The notes beneath the pieces were generated by a model. The model made no database searches. It saw only the letters and a list, made by a program, of their open reading frames with translations, and was not told the origin of the DNA. A stretch of 63,978 nt of DNA, the filler included, from Lenisia limosa (lineage: Eukaryota > Protista > Breviatea), in assembly GCA_001655205.1 (NCBI GenBank). It is 16 parts of 16 records of this genome, joined end to end, with 100 filler letters (N's around TTAATTAATTAA, not from the genome) between each part and the next. Parts side by side here need not be neighbours in the genome. Positions count along the whole stretch, not along the records: positions 39,921 to 44,647 come from LPNZ01008913.1; positions 44,748 to 49,414 come from LPNZ01005675.1; positions 49,515 to 52,037 come from LPNZ01009976.1; 13 more parts are not named here. The stretch is one strand, 5' to 3'. Positions 40,382 to 52,137 of this stretch are shown in pieces. The position numbers and the translations under genes were made by a program. Every line of letters starts with the position of its first letter. Position 1 is the first letter of the stretch.

Positions 40382-40453
40382 TGGAAGAGCGGGGAATTGA
40401 ACCCCGGGCTTCTCGCATGCGAAGCGAGCGCTCTACCCCTGAGCTACACTCCC
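40382..40453 (-). tRNA. trnA-CGC: tRNA-Ala(CGC), intronless, 72 nt
   Basis: Reverse complement is GGGAGTGTAGCTCAGGGGTAGAGCGCTCGCTTCGCATGCGAGAAGCCCGGGGTTCAATTCCCCGCTCTTCCA. Anticodon arm CTCGC-TT-CGC-AT-GCGAG, T-loop GTTCAAT and discriminator A are all present. Confidence 0.97.
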
Positions 40454-40807
40454 AGACAAAAACTTTTCCCACCAATTAAGTTTATGATACTAATTATTAT
40501 TAATTGCGTAGACGGTCCCCCAGGAAAATTGGATGTTATATATATAAAACGTTTTTGAAACGGGCCCTCTTTATTCTTCTTTTCCTTTTTAAAAACTAAA
40601 TAAGTAACTGTAAATTAGATAACGGCTGGTTAAGCTCTTTGTTTAAATTTTGCCTGATTTTTCTGACGACCTCTTTTGGAAGGTAAAAATGCTAAATGAC
40701 AGTTCTTCCCCTTAGTTAACAACATATAATTTGAATATATAAATATATAATAAAAAAATAAAGAATAATAGACACATAAAAACACCACTGACGCATTCAG
40801 CATCAGC

Positions 40808-43800
40808 ATGCCCTCAGCTCTGGTGCTCTTTGCGGATGGCAGCGAAGAAATGGAGACGGTCATATGTGTGGATGTCCTGAGAAGAGCCGGCGTGAGCATG
40901 GATGGATCGTTTTTGGGTAGTTTCATGGCAATATTTTCCCCAAAGAGGAATGAATTAGATAGTATCTGGTTGGTGGTTATAATACATATTATGATATAAT
41001 ATATTATAGATAATATACTAGTATTATTATAGATTACGATATTATCATTAGGACTTCACTTCGGTTCGAAAAACCGCGTTAAAATATCGATAGTTTTCGA
41101 GGATTTATCGAGAAACTCAGTCTTTTATCGAACCGAAGTGAAGCCCTAATTACCATATCACCTCTCCCAGCTCCAAAAAGGCCCTCGGCTGAGAATGGGT
41201 GTAGGATAGGCGAGCAATTTAAATAAAGTGTGTTATAAAGTATTACGTTATGCATGCTCTAATTCCTCCTTTGCAAAAAAGCTGCTTTAACGCCCCCTCC
41301 CCCCCCCCCCNNNNNNNNNNNNNNNNNNNNNNNNNNNNNNNNNNNNNNNNNNNNNNNNNNNNNNNNNNNNNNNNNNNNNNNNNNNNNNNNNNNNNNNNNN
41401 NNNNNNNNNNTTGGAGCGACATCCTCAGGTGATTGTTTTTTTTGGGGGGGGGTGATGTTCAAACTTTTAAATGTTTTTTCAATGCGATAGTGGGCTATGT
41501 TGAAATAATTGGCAACTAATTGTAATTGGACTGATTCCTAATTTGTTTCACAGTAATATATTTCCATGTTGTACACTGGAGTGATGGGATGCGGTGTTTG
41601 TTTTGTTTTTATCAACCCTCGTAACAGAGATGATTTTGGGCTTTATTCTTGTTCGTTTTACCACCCCCAGAACACCCCCTCATTTGTTCAAGAGGCGTGC
41701 GGATTCATGCTGACTGCCCTGCCCATCACTGCCATGATTTGTGGGGGGGGGGGGNNNNNNNNNNNNNNNNNNNNNNNNNNNNNNNNNNNNNNNNNNNNNN
41801 NNNNNNNNNNNNNNNNNNNNNNNNNNNNNNNNNNNNNNNNNNNNNNNNNNNNNNNNNNNNNNNNNNNNNNNNNNNNNNNNNNNNNNNNNNNNNNNNNNNN
41901 NNNNNNNNNNNNNNNNNNCACCAGCCGTTATCACGCCGTTATGAGTGTCATTTGTTTTGGGAAGCAAAACAACAGGGGGAAACACCTTCCTTTCACCTTT
42001 TACTACTCCCTCCATTATCATAAATTTGAGCCAAACGGCTCAAAACCAATACAAACAACAGAGGTCAAGGGTGAGAGTGGGAGGATACAAGGGGCAAGAG
42101 AGAAAGGGCAGGGAAGCAGACAACCAAAGCGACAATGCTTCATTTCATTGGCTGGACAAAATCAATGTTGGCTACTACCTACACAGTGATCGTTGAGGAA
42201 GACACAGACACAGACACACGCGAAATTTTAAAAGCAAGCAAACAAAACTCTTCCTTCACAGCTTTTCTTCTTCTTTCCAAGATAACATGAAGAACAAGCC
42301 AGTTTTCGATGTCTCGATATAAATCTCACTAAACTTTCAAAATAAAGATTGAAGCCCCCATCCAATCTTCTTAACCAGACTAAAACTAGACCCTCCAATG
42401 AAAACAAAAGCAATAAACCTTTCTTCTTTCCAAGATAACATGAAGAATAGCTACCTTAATAAAAGCCAGATCTCATTTGTAAAGGGAGAGATAAGAACGA
42501 TTTGAATACCAGCCATACTCAAACAAGCGAGGGTTCAGTTCAGGCACAAATTTAATTTCGATTTCTCTTTCTCCATATTCACTCCAATATTCAACAAAAC
42601 AACAAAACAGCGGCACAATTAACTTTTTATTATATTTAATAGGGGAGGAGCCATTCTCTTTTCTTGTTTGATCTTCCTTTTTGCTTCTCTTTTCCTTTCA
42701 ACGTTCAGATACGACACTTTTCTGTCTGACATCTTGGGCTTCCCTGCGGTTCAAAAAAACTCGGTAAAAAATCGATAATTATCGAGGATTTATCAAGAAA
42801 TTCAGTCTTTTTTGGGACCGGAGGGAAGCCCAAGATGTCAGACAGAAAAGTGTCGTATCTGAACGTTTAACTGACAGAAATGCGAAGTCAATTATTACTT
42901 GAGAACAGAAATTCAGTCTTTTTTGGGACCGGNNNNNNNNNNNNNNNNNNNNNNNNNNNNNNNNNNNNNNNNNNNNNNNNNNNNNNNNNNNNNNNNNNNN
43001 NNNNNNNNNNNNNNNNNNNNNNNNNNNNNNNTGAACAGAGCTCCAAATCCATGAATTTTGGTCAAAAGTAGCCCAAATCCATTTAATAATCCTTACACTC
43101 CGAGGATTCATTCTGATTTAGCGGCTGCTTTAACTGACTGTGCAGATATGACGTTGTTGTGTTACCCGGGGGGCAACCAGGTGCCACCACACTGAGAGAC
43201 TCAAAAATCGTTCAAAAAGTGGGTGTCATTATATTATAATATGATATAGTTTATCTATCGATCTATTATATACTATGTAGATGTATAAATAGAATATCGG
43301 TATTGGGGGGTGGGGGGGGCTGCTAGTCACTCTCGATAATTGCACTTGGTCAATTGTGCATAACTTACATTCAGCTCATCACAAAGCACAATGAAGCCGG
43401 TAAGCTCATCGCTGCCGTAAGGGGGGTGGTGGGGTATGGCTCAGCTCATCTACTATATTGTTAAGCGTGTGTAGCGAGTGATCATGCTTTCGTTTACGTG
43501 TTTTCGATTTCCACGTAAACGTCCCCGCTTTTTCGAGTTAACCTTCCTAGGTCTGTGCGGCACCCATTGTACTTGCCCAAATGTGCCTTTTGAAGGGCCG
43601 AAACGCAACATCGCATCCTTGTGGGTAGTTGGTAGCCAGATGCAACCTTATTTTTTTATTTCTTTGCAATATATCGATATAATAATACGTATCATATTCT
43701 TTCTGTCTCAATTCCTTCCTCATCCTCCAGCTGTTGAGTCAACCTTGGTTGAAGCTGGAGCAACTTACAGCCAAAATCGAGTTGTTAAAGACGGCAACAT

Positions 43801-44266
43801 CATCACTTCAAGAGGACCTGGTTTGGATTTTGGATACAGATCATCAGCTTCAGGGAACTACTTTGTTTTAAAACAAATCTAAAAAATAGAGACACGAAAC
43901 ATCTCGGGATACAAAAATATATGATTATCACCTTGAATGGTTTTTTTTTTATTGTTACCTAAAACAGTACCACCTATGATATCATATAATAATTATCTTT
44001 GACCTCACGGTAAAAAACTAAAGACAGTCACTCTGACTTCCTCTAAATTTGTATCCAATAACAGACCATTCATCATTTTCGTAAATTCTGTGAGCTGTTG
44101 TATGATCAATGTAGAACCAGACTTTTCAAAACTATTTTACAACTATGTTCCACTGACCGGTCTAGGCACATGCTTTGAATTTGCCATTCAAATTGCCTGT
44201 TCACTTAGTGGAGATGACAACTCGGCGGATGTCCACGAAGCTCTCGCCAAACCCATGATGCTCTAA
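40808..44266 (+). CDS. PARK7: DJ-1/PfpI family protein; start to stop present, one exon partly in a gap
   Basis: Exons 40808-40891 (MPSALVLFADGSEEMETVICVDVLRRAG), (gap)-41428, 41671-41740 (HPLICSRGVRIHAD), 43146-43218 (YDVVVLPGG), 43375-43416, 43551-43620 (VCAAP, the nucleophile Cys), 43731-43820 (RVVKDGNIITSRGP) and 44166-44266 (GTCFEFA...PMML*). Phases are consistent. Confidence 0.95.
41049..41148. mobile_element. hAT-type MITE family A in DJ-1 intron 1
   Basis: 100-bp palindromic element with TSD ATTATCAT/ATTACCAT (7 of 8 identical). Confidence 0.88.
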
Positions 44267-44747
44267 CCCCCCATGTACCCGTCTACGCGCTTGGTGGAGT
44301 TGCTCTAGCTTTCTGTGTGTGTGTGTTTCTTTCTTCTCTAATTAATTTACCTGTGATTGCTGCAATGCAAGTCAGTTACCCCCACTTTGAACAAACTCCT
44401 CGCCAGTCCTTCTTTCAAAACTCCTTTCAAAACCCCCCTTCTTTCAAAACTCCACCCCATAAAACCTTCCAGAATACCATCAGTAATACAGCTCTATTAC
44501 TACCCACAACAATAACATAAAACATAAGAAAGAAAGCCCACATAGAAGGGAAGCGGAGGGGAGGAATTAGATCCGATTCTATAGGGTGAGATAAAATGGA
44601 AATTTATGTCACAAAAAAAACAACAGTCGAAACTCTGTTGGCAAACCNNNNNNNNNNNNNNNNNNNNNNNNNNNNNNNNNNNNNNNNNNNNTTAATTAAT
44701 TAANNNNNNNNNNNNNNNNNNNNNNNNNNNNNNNNNNNNNNNNNNNN

Positions 44748-45539
44748 CATCTTCCTCTCTCCGGCCGCCTCTCTCTCGTCTTCATGATCACGGTGATCAC
44801 TCTCGGCCTCCGCAACAAGGTCGACCGGGGTGGCACTTGGGGCCGAGGGGGCTGGCCCGTACTGGAAAAGAGTGATACCAAATTGAGTCAATGTAGCGTC
44901 AAAAAAGGATACGAAATGAGAAATATATGGGATCATGTGATATGTAGTAAGTGGGCTTCACTTCGGTGAGAAAAAAGACTGAAATTCTCAACAAATCCTC
45001 GAAAACTATCGATATTTTCATTTACAACATGTTTACTGTGTAAAGATAACACGCATAAGGATGAGATTGATGAATAAGGACAAAAGCCCCTTTCCACTAA
45101 CCCAGGTAGGCCCTCCTCCCATATACCTCATTATTGCCAGGAGACTCCGACTCCAGAACAGCCACTTCAGGATTGATGGCAGGCTGCTGGACCTGCTTAC
45201 AGTTAATGATAGAAGATGTGGCGATGTTAATGGTGATGTTAATGATGTTAATGATGATGTTAATGATGATGTTGATGGTGATGCTGATAATGATGATGAT
45301 GATGATGTTGATGGTGATGTTACTATTGAAACAGAAGATGAGTTTTTAGGATTAATAACAGAAGATAAGTTTTTAGGGTTAATAACAGAAGATGAGTTTT
45401 TAGGGTTAATAACAGAAGATGTGTTTTTACATACATACATAACCCCACTCCCCACGGTTTCTTCGGTCTGGTACAAGGGGGTGCGGTAGTCGGCAACCGC
45501 GAAGTCTGCGGCAGCGGGATTGGACGCTGGTTGCGCCAT
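44748..45539 (-). CDS. Unidentified gene, 5' end
   Basis: MAQPASNPAAADFAVADYRTPLYQTEET, then VQQPAINPEVAVLESESPGNNE, then YGPAPSAPSATPVDLVAEAESDHRDHEDEREAAGERKM. Intron 1 holds GAT-type and 30-bp tandem repeats (45220-45420). Confidence 0.55.
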
Positions 45540-46730
45540 CGTTGTGTTTGGAGTGTTCGGGTGGTGTTGTTGCCTTTGAAGGTTCGGGTAGCCTGATTAC
45601 TTGTGGCCTTGCTAAGGTTATTAACGCAGAAATTTGTGCATTTTTGAAGAAATTAATGAATAAAATTTAAAATCAAAGTGGATGAAATACAATATGTTTG
45701 ACATATTTATTTCTCAAGTAATTGCACTTTCAAACAATCAGTGGACAGGTTTCGGCCATGTAATACTAACCGAACCCGAATCGAAAAATATGTCTAGCAA
45801 TGAAAAATAAATCTATACAACATCACATTAACACGATACTGTTATTTAGTTTGGTTCAGACTAGATTTAAATGGGTTTACTTGCTGTGAAAATCGGAATT
45901 TATTATTACTCTGTAAAATATGGAATGAGACGCTGTCACGAAAAAGCAATCTCAGACACTTTAATTAAGTCCAGGAATTTAGGAAGCACAACAAGTAGAG
46001 GTTTCTTATGGGGAATTGAAATTACAATATACTATGTCGGGACATATTTGGTCCTCAATATATAACAATTCACATTCGCCACACTAAATAAAGCATTTTC
46101 ACTGCGATTCTCATTTAACTATAACACTGTTTCTTGGATCAGAGTATCAGAAATGAAATAAATAGTGCCCAACAGTCCCATAAATACCAATTATATTGTT
46201 CCACATAATATATTGAGAGAGGCACAAATATCCCCGAATAGAATAGTGTTAAATAGTTAGTTATTGTAGGTTATAGCATGTTACGCATAAAAAGACATTT
46301 CCTAAGATAAACAGCAAACAAGACCATACGTCAGAATCATATATATATATTTATATCCTCGCACACAACAATCTATCCTCGGGGCGAGCCTTCACCGTTA
46401 TTTCTCCCTTGATTTCTTACCTAATCCTTTTTTCAGCCTTTGTCAGAAACGGACGGGCGGGGTTTAGGCGTTCAGCGTCGAGAAAATCCTCAAAACTGTC
46501 GCCACAAATGCCTTTCCTTGATTCCTCTATTATCTTCTTATCCACTTTGACAAACAACCTTCAAATAACCCAAATAATGGATAAAGGTATTTGTCTGTGG
46601 TTCTCCGAAAAGGGCTGTCATGGGGTACGTATAATTCATTATTTCAATGCCCCGCAAGCATGCGTTTTTCAAACTTCCAGACACTTAGTTGCAGTTTACC
46701 CGTAGAGCCATATTAAACAAACAAATTGAA

Positions 46731-49207
46731 ATGAATACCATTAAGTTTGCCGTCTTGGCGGCCCTGCTCTGGTTGGTTTTCATCTTGCAATGCGATTTTG
46801 CCATGTTTCATTCATGATAGATTTACTTCATTACTTCTATAACCGTGTGGATACAGTTGCTGCGTTGTGTTCCTCTTATATTCTTATCATGTACCTTCGG
46901 GACTCTTCACGCACATCTTTTTGGCCTGGTGTAAAACTCTTTTTTTTCCTGCTGTCCTCATGGATATTGTTGTTAATTGTTGTCTAAGTTGAATTTAAGC
47001 AGAATCGGAGGAAAACGTTTGTCGGAGGTTATGTGTCACCAATTTTCCAACCTTTTTTTTAGCTATTATCCCTCCTTCCCCTCTTTCTGTTCTAATTTAG
47101 CAGCATTTGTCAAGCAGTGACACTTGAGTGCCTTTCCGAGACCCTTCTCTACTCCATTGATGACGACTCCACTCTCGCCAAGATTGTTGATTGCTCGAGT
47201 CCTGATGCTGCCTCGGTATGGACCATAAGCCCTTTTCTACAATCATTCGCCTCAACATTGTCATGCACTATGTTGTTTCCTTCTTTGGACGCAGGGACAC
47301 ACCATGTTCAACCCTCCTGATCGATACCCCCCCCCCCAGGCCTTCCGCGGTGCTGTCGATGTCACTCTTNNNNNNNNNNNNNNNNNNNNNNNNNNNNNNN
47401 NNNNNNNNNNNNNNNNNNNNNNNNNNNNNNNNNNNNNNNNNNNNNNNNNNNNNNNNNNNNNNNNNNNNNNNNNNNNNNNNNNNNNNNNNNNNNNNNNNNN
47501 NNNNNNNNNNNNNNNNNNNNNNNNNNNNNNNNNNNNNNNNNNNNNNNTGTCTTTTGTATATGATACCAATATCACCCAATATATCTGGCATATTGGTCAT
47601 CTTCAATATATAAGATATGTTGGTTTGATTTTATGTTCTTATTCTAATGTGCAAGAAGGGACAACTATATTATTCGGGGCTTTTTTTTTGGAAGCAGGTA
47701 AAGTACAACTTTAGTCTTTTCCTCTTAAAATTGTAATATCCTCTTCTGACTCGCAAAAGGAGTACAGCGCTGGTGTCGTTGGGGAGAACATCGAGATTTC
47801 GGGCCTTCCGTCGGGTGCCATGCACAACATTGAAATGAAAGTTTGTGTGGAGTATAATACATAACATTATAACGGGCCCTGCAGACTAAATAAAGTTGTT
47901 ATTCGTTCGTTAGTGGAATGAGTATTATACTTGAAGAATTGATCGGGCAATATCGCAATGTATGTCTTCACACATCATATGATAAATTCTCGATAAATAA
48001 TGAACTACTTTTACGTCACCATTCATGGCACTGAAACCCTCTGATGTAATTCATTTTGCTGAACAAAGCCCTCTTATGAATCTAGATTGCTGATGACGCA
48101 ACGACTCTGATTTTCTCTTTTGATGCGCGCACGTGTGACTCCAACACCCTCCGCTGCCGGGGCGAAACAGTCCTGGAGGTAGGGGGCAAAAAGGAAACAT
48201 TTATGAAACTCTTGAGGTTGAGGGATATAATATCGATATTTGTGTTCCAATTTTACATGTTTTTTATTACTTGGTTTTTTGTTTGTTCGTGATGTGTACC
48301 TTTACACCAATATTTTTCTTCGAAATTACCTTCGTTTAACCCGCTGGGATTCGGTGCTACCGGAGCGACTGGCCTGGGCTTTGTTNNNNNNNNNNNNNNN
48401 NNNNNNNNNNNNNNNNNNNNNNNNNNNNNNNNNNNNNNNNNNNNNNNNNNNNNNNNNNNNNNNNNNNNNNNNNNNNNNNNNNNAACGGCCCGGGTCTCTC
48501 CGAGTGTGGCCGCTGCGCTGACGGGTTCTATGCCGCCGGAGGGGATGATCTTGGCACTTCTGTTTGTACTGGTAGGAAAAGGGTATTGGTGTTTCAGATT
48601 ATCCGGTTCGTGATTAGTACCTTTACACCAATATTCTTCCTTTCTTTGAATACTGGAAAACTCACGGTGTTGATACACGACCGGATAAGTCCTGACCGAT
48701 TTGCTATGTGACTTATCTCAGTCACTGTAAGTTCATATTTATACATGTAATAATACTTCGCAGCCTGTACCGGCACTTGCGACTCGAGTAGTTATCGCAG
48801 CGCTGTTTGCACCCGCACAACTGATGCCGTTTGCACTGGTACGGGGAGGGGAGAGATTTTTGGGAATGTTGAAGGACTAAATGGCGAGGGTTGAGATTAT
48901 TGAGGATGATGAAGGACTAAATGGCGAGGGAGAGATTATTGAGGATGATGAAGGACTAAATGGCGAGGGAGAGATTATTGAGGATGTTTTTCTATAAGTA
49001 GAATCCTCAACACCAATGAAACTTGTCGCAGCTTATTGGTGTGAACGGCTTCGGTCAGATTTTTCTCATCTCTTTCCCATTAAGTGTATGATACTTTTTA
49101 TTATTATTGATTATTCCCCCCTCACCCTCAAGCATGTCGCAGCTCTTGCCCTGCCGGACAGTTCCTTAGCAGCGCCTGCTCCATCAACAACAACCCATCG
49201 TGCCAGG
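46731..49207 (+). CDS. Secreted or surface protein with TNFR-like cysteine-rich repeats; 3' truncated
   Basis: Signal peptide MNTIKFAVLAALLWLVFILQCDFA. Exons SECGRCADGFYAAGG, ACTGTCDSSSYRSAVCTRTTDAVCT and ACRSSCPAGQFLSSACSINNNPSCQ follow a TNFR-like Cys spacing. Confidence 0.72.
48870..48987. repeat. Intronic minisatellite, about 39-40 bp x3
   Basis: GAAGGACTAAATGGCGAGGG(TT)GAGATTATTGAGGATGAT repeated three times. Confidence 0.95.
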
Positions 49208-49618
49208 GTGTGGAGGGTTTATTATACTATATAGGGCTTCATTTTCGGTTCGAAAAAAGACTGAATTTCTTGATAAATCCTCGAAAACTATCGATAGTTT
49301 ACCGATCTTTTTCGAGCCGAAGTGAAGCCCTAATTATATATTCTAATACATTGTTGAAAATGTTTGTTTGTTTTTTTTAGTAATACAATTTTCATTTTTC
49401 ACCCCCCCCCCCCCNNNNNNNNNNNNNNNNNNNNNNNNNNNNNNNNNNNNNNNNNNNNTTAATTAATTAANNNNNNNNNNNNNNNNNNNNNNNNNNNNNN
49501 NNNNNNNNNNNNNNCCCGCCGTTTTATTTAAGTGATATTGAAACATTGGATAAAATTAATTCACCCATTTCCCCCATATATACGAGAAAAAAACATAGAA
49601 CATGTACTATCCCCCCAC

Positions 49619-51796
49619 CTTGAGATCCTGGGTGGCGTTGACCGGCACGGGCAGCAGACTTGCCTTCAGAACCTTGCCATCCAGGAAAATCAGACCGCGG
49701 GCCGCGCTAGTTGCCATTCGCTCAATGTCCGACCTCCACTGGGGGGGGGGGGGGGGGNNNNNNNNNNNNNNNNNNNNNNNNNNNNNNNNNNNNNNNNNNN
49801 NNNNNNNNNNNNNNNNNNNNNNNNNNNNNNNNNNNNNNNNNNNNNNNNNNNNNNNNNNNNNNNNNNNNNNNNNNNNNNNNNNNNNNNNATTATGCAAAAA
49901 GAAAGCCCAAAATCAACTGGTGAGGAGAAGGCGTATGGGGTAAATAGCAAACTAAAAACTAAACTGAAGTGAACTGAACTAACTGAACTGAGCATTTGAC
50001 CCACGTTGCTGAAGGTAGAGAATAGCTTCTTGAAATAGAGCAGGTCGGGCGCCTTGTCGGAAATGGAGTCGACTTTCCATTCGCGAGCAAATTTAAAGAC
50101 CGGGCTGGGGGAGTGAGAGTTGAAAAATGAAAAAGTGGTGACAGATAACAGCAAGTTAAAAAAGGAAAAAGGAGATAGAGAAATAGGGGAGGGGGGTTGT
50201 CTCAAAATGGGGTGGCTCTTGCAAAATCAACTCTTCTGGCTGGCAACAAGGCTTCACTTCGGTTCGAAAAAAGACCTTTATATTATCGATAGTTTTCGAG
50301 GATTTATCGAGATATACTCTTTTTTCTAACCGAAGTGAAGCCCTCATTTCACACTATATCCCATTATACCAACTTGTACCCCCATTATACCCCATTACAC
50401 CCCTACATGAATTCGTTGTAGATTGCGGTGTACTTATCCGCCTCGGCAAACGACCTATCGACAACGCCCAAAATATCGGTCATCACCTGGGTGTAGCCAG
50501 GAAGGCCCTGGAGGAACTGCCTGATATGGTAAAGGAAACCTTCCTAATTTGGTAAAAGAAACCTTCCTAATATGTTTAGAAACACCTTCCAAATAAGGCA
50601 AGCTCACAACATTTAGATATTAAAAAACGGTTTTTGTTTTATATTTTATACCTTAATCCAGGACCGAGAGACAAAAGGGCACGAGGGTCCATGCCAGCAA
50701 GCTTCAGGAACTTGCGGAAGACAGCCTAGGGGAAGGAAGGTTAAAATACCCAGTCCATTTGCTCGAAAATTACCGAGGCCGGGTAAAGTTGGAAAATTTT
50801 GTGAAACGAAATAAAACCCAAAATTAACTCTGTCGGGTTACACACAAGGGTTGAAAAGCATTGGGCAGTCTTATTAATATAACAAAACCGATAGTTTATA
50901 CCGAAAACGATCTTGCTCGATCTTGGCATGATCTTAGGGTGGTCATCCAAACCATCTAGTTTTTTAAAGGGGAGAGGGGGTCCCTCAGCGGGTGAGAAGG
51001 TAGACTGTATGGTTTGGATGACCACCCTTAGGGTCCTTCTAATTTTAGATTGTAATAATTAGGGCTTCACTTCGGTTCGAAAAAAACCGATAAAAAAATC
51101 GATAGTTTTCGAGGATTTATCGAAAAATTCAACCGACGTGAAGCCCTAGGTAATAGTACTACACGATAAAACTGCCACTTTTCCGTGATACGTGGGCACT
51201 TGCCCTTGCCAACATGATGAAGAATACGAGGCAGGCCAGCAAGGGACGAAACAACGTCGTGAAGGGCGTCAGATACGAGAGAACGAATTTCGTCAACTGT
51301 GGGNNNNNNNNNNNNNNNNNNNNNNNNNNNNNNNNNNNNNNNNNNNNNNNNNNNNNNNNNNNNNNNNNNNNNNNNNNNNNNNNNNNNNNNNNNNNNNNNN
51401 NNNNNNNNNNNNNNNNNNNNNNNNNNNNNNNNNNNNNNNNNNNNNTATCACGAACTAATTTAGAACAAAAAAGCACAAAATCAACTCTGTTGACTGACAA
51501 CACACGAGGGTTGATGCTCTGCAGCACCGCATCCCATCACTCAATCGTACGGAAAATTAAAGATTGAGAAAAGGATTCACCCAAAAACAAACCCGCTTAC
51601 AATCGCACCCTCAGAAGTTACGTTAACGTCCACTCGGAAAATGGAAGACCGTCCGCTCGACAGAATCGACAGCCCGACCTATTGGTTAATAATGACGTTT
51701 TCTAGAAGCCTTCCACAACACCGACACCGCATTTCCCCCCTACCAGTAGGTCGGAAAGACAAAGACGGCACAACTCCTCGAGAACCATATAATCCA
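49619..51796 (-). CDS. Axonemal dynein heavy chain fragment (tail region)
   Basis: Exons DYMVLEELCRLCLSDLL, SIFRVDVNVTSEG, DEIRSLVSDALHDVVSSLAGLPRI, VMTDILGVVDRSFAEADKYTAIYNEF, EWKVDSISD and WRSDIERMATSAARGLIFLDGKVLKASLLPVP. These resemble the tail of single-headed axonemal dyneins (xxxDxKxLrxxLlPxP). Confidence 0.75.
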
Positions 51797-52137
51797 CTAC
51801 CGTGTAAAAACAGGACGTAAAATGGTTTCAAATTTGAAACATATATAGTACATATCAGAAGTATCAAGAGAGGAGAAATAAACATGAGGTATTGGTTTAT
51901 CCTCGAAAGTAAGGTATATGGTACCTCTATGTATTTTTGTTGCCCTAGATTTCTAATGTATTTCTCTTGTTCGAAAAAAAAACAATTACCCTATAATTTG
52001 TTCACGTCCTCACAAAAACTCGAGCAAAATGACTTGGNNNNNNNNNNNNNNNNNNNNNNNNNNNNNNNNNNNNNNNNNNNNTTAATTAATTAANNNNNNN
52101 NNNNNNNNNNNNNNNNNNNNNNNNNNNNNNNNNNNNN

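Noticed and set aside
45061-45489. Long ORFs with D/V/M repeats on the plus strand
   Set aside because: They are antisense readings of intronic GAT-type and 30-bp tandem repeats in a minus-strand gene.
21965-51796. One giant dynein gene with other genes nested inside, or a flagellar gene cluster
   Set aside because: The fragments lie in different spacer-delimited segments with unrelated genes on both strands between them. Adjacency across spacers is unsupported, so no synteny claims are made.
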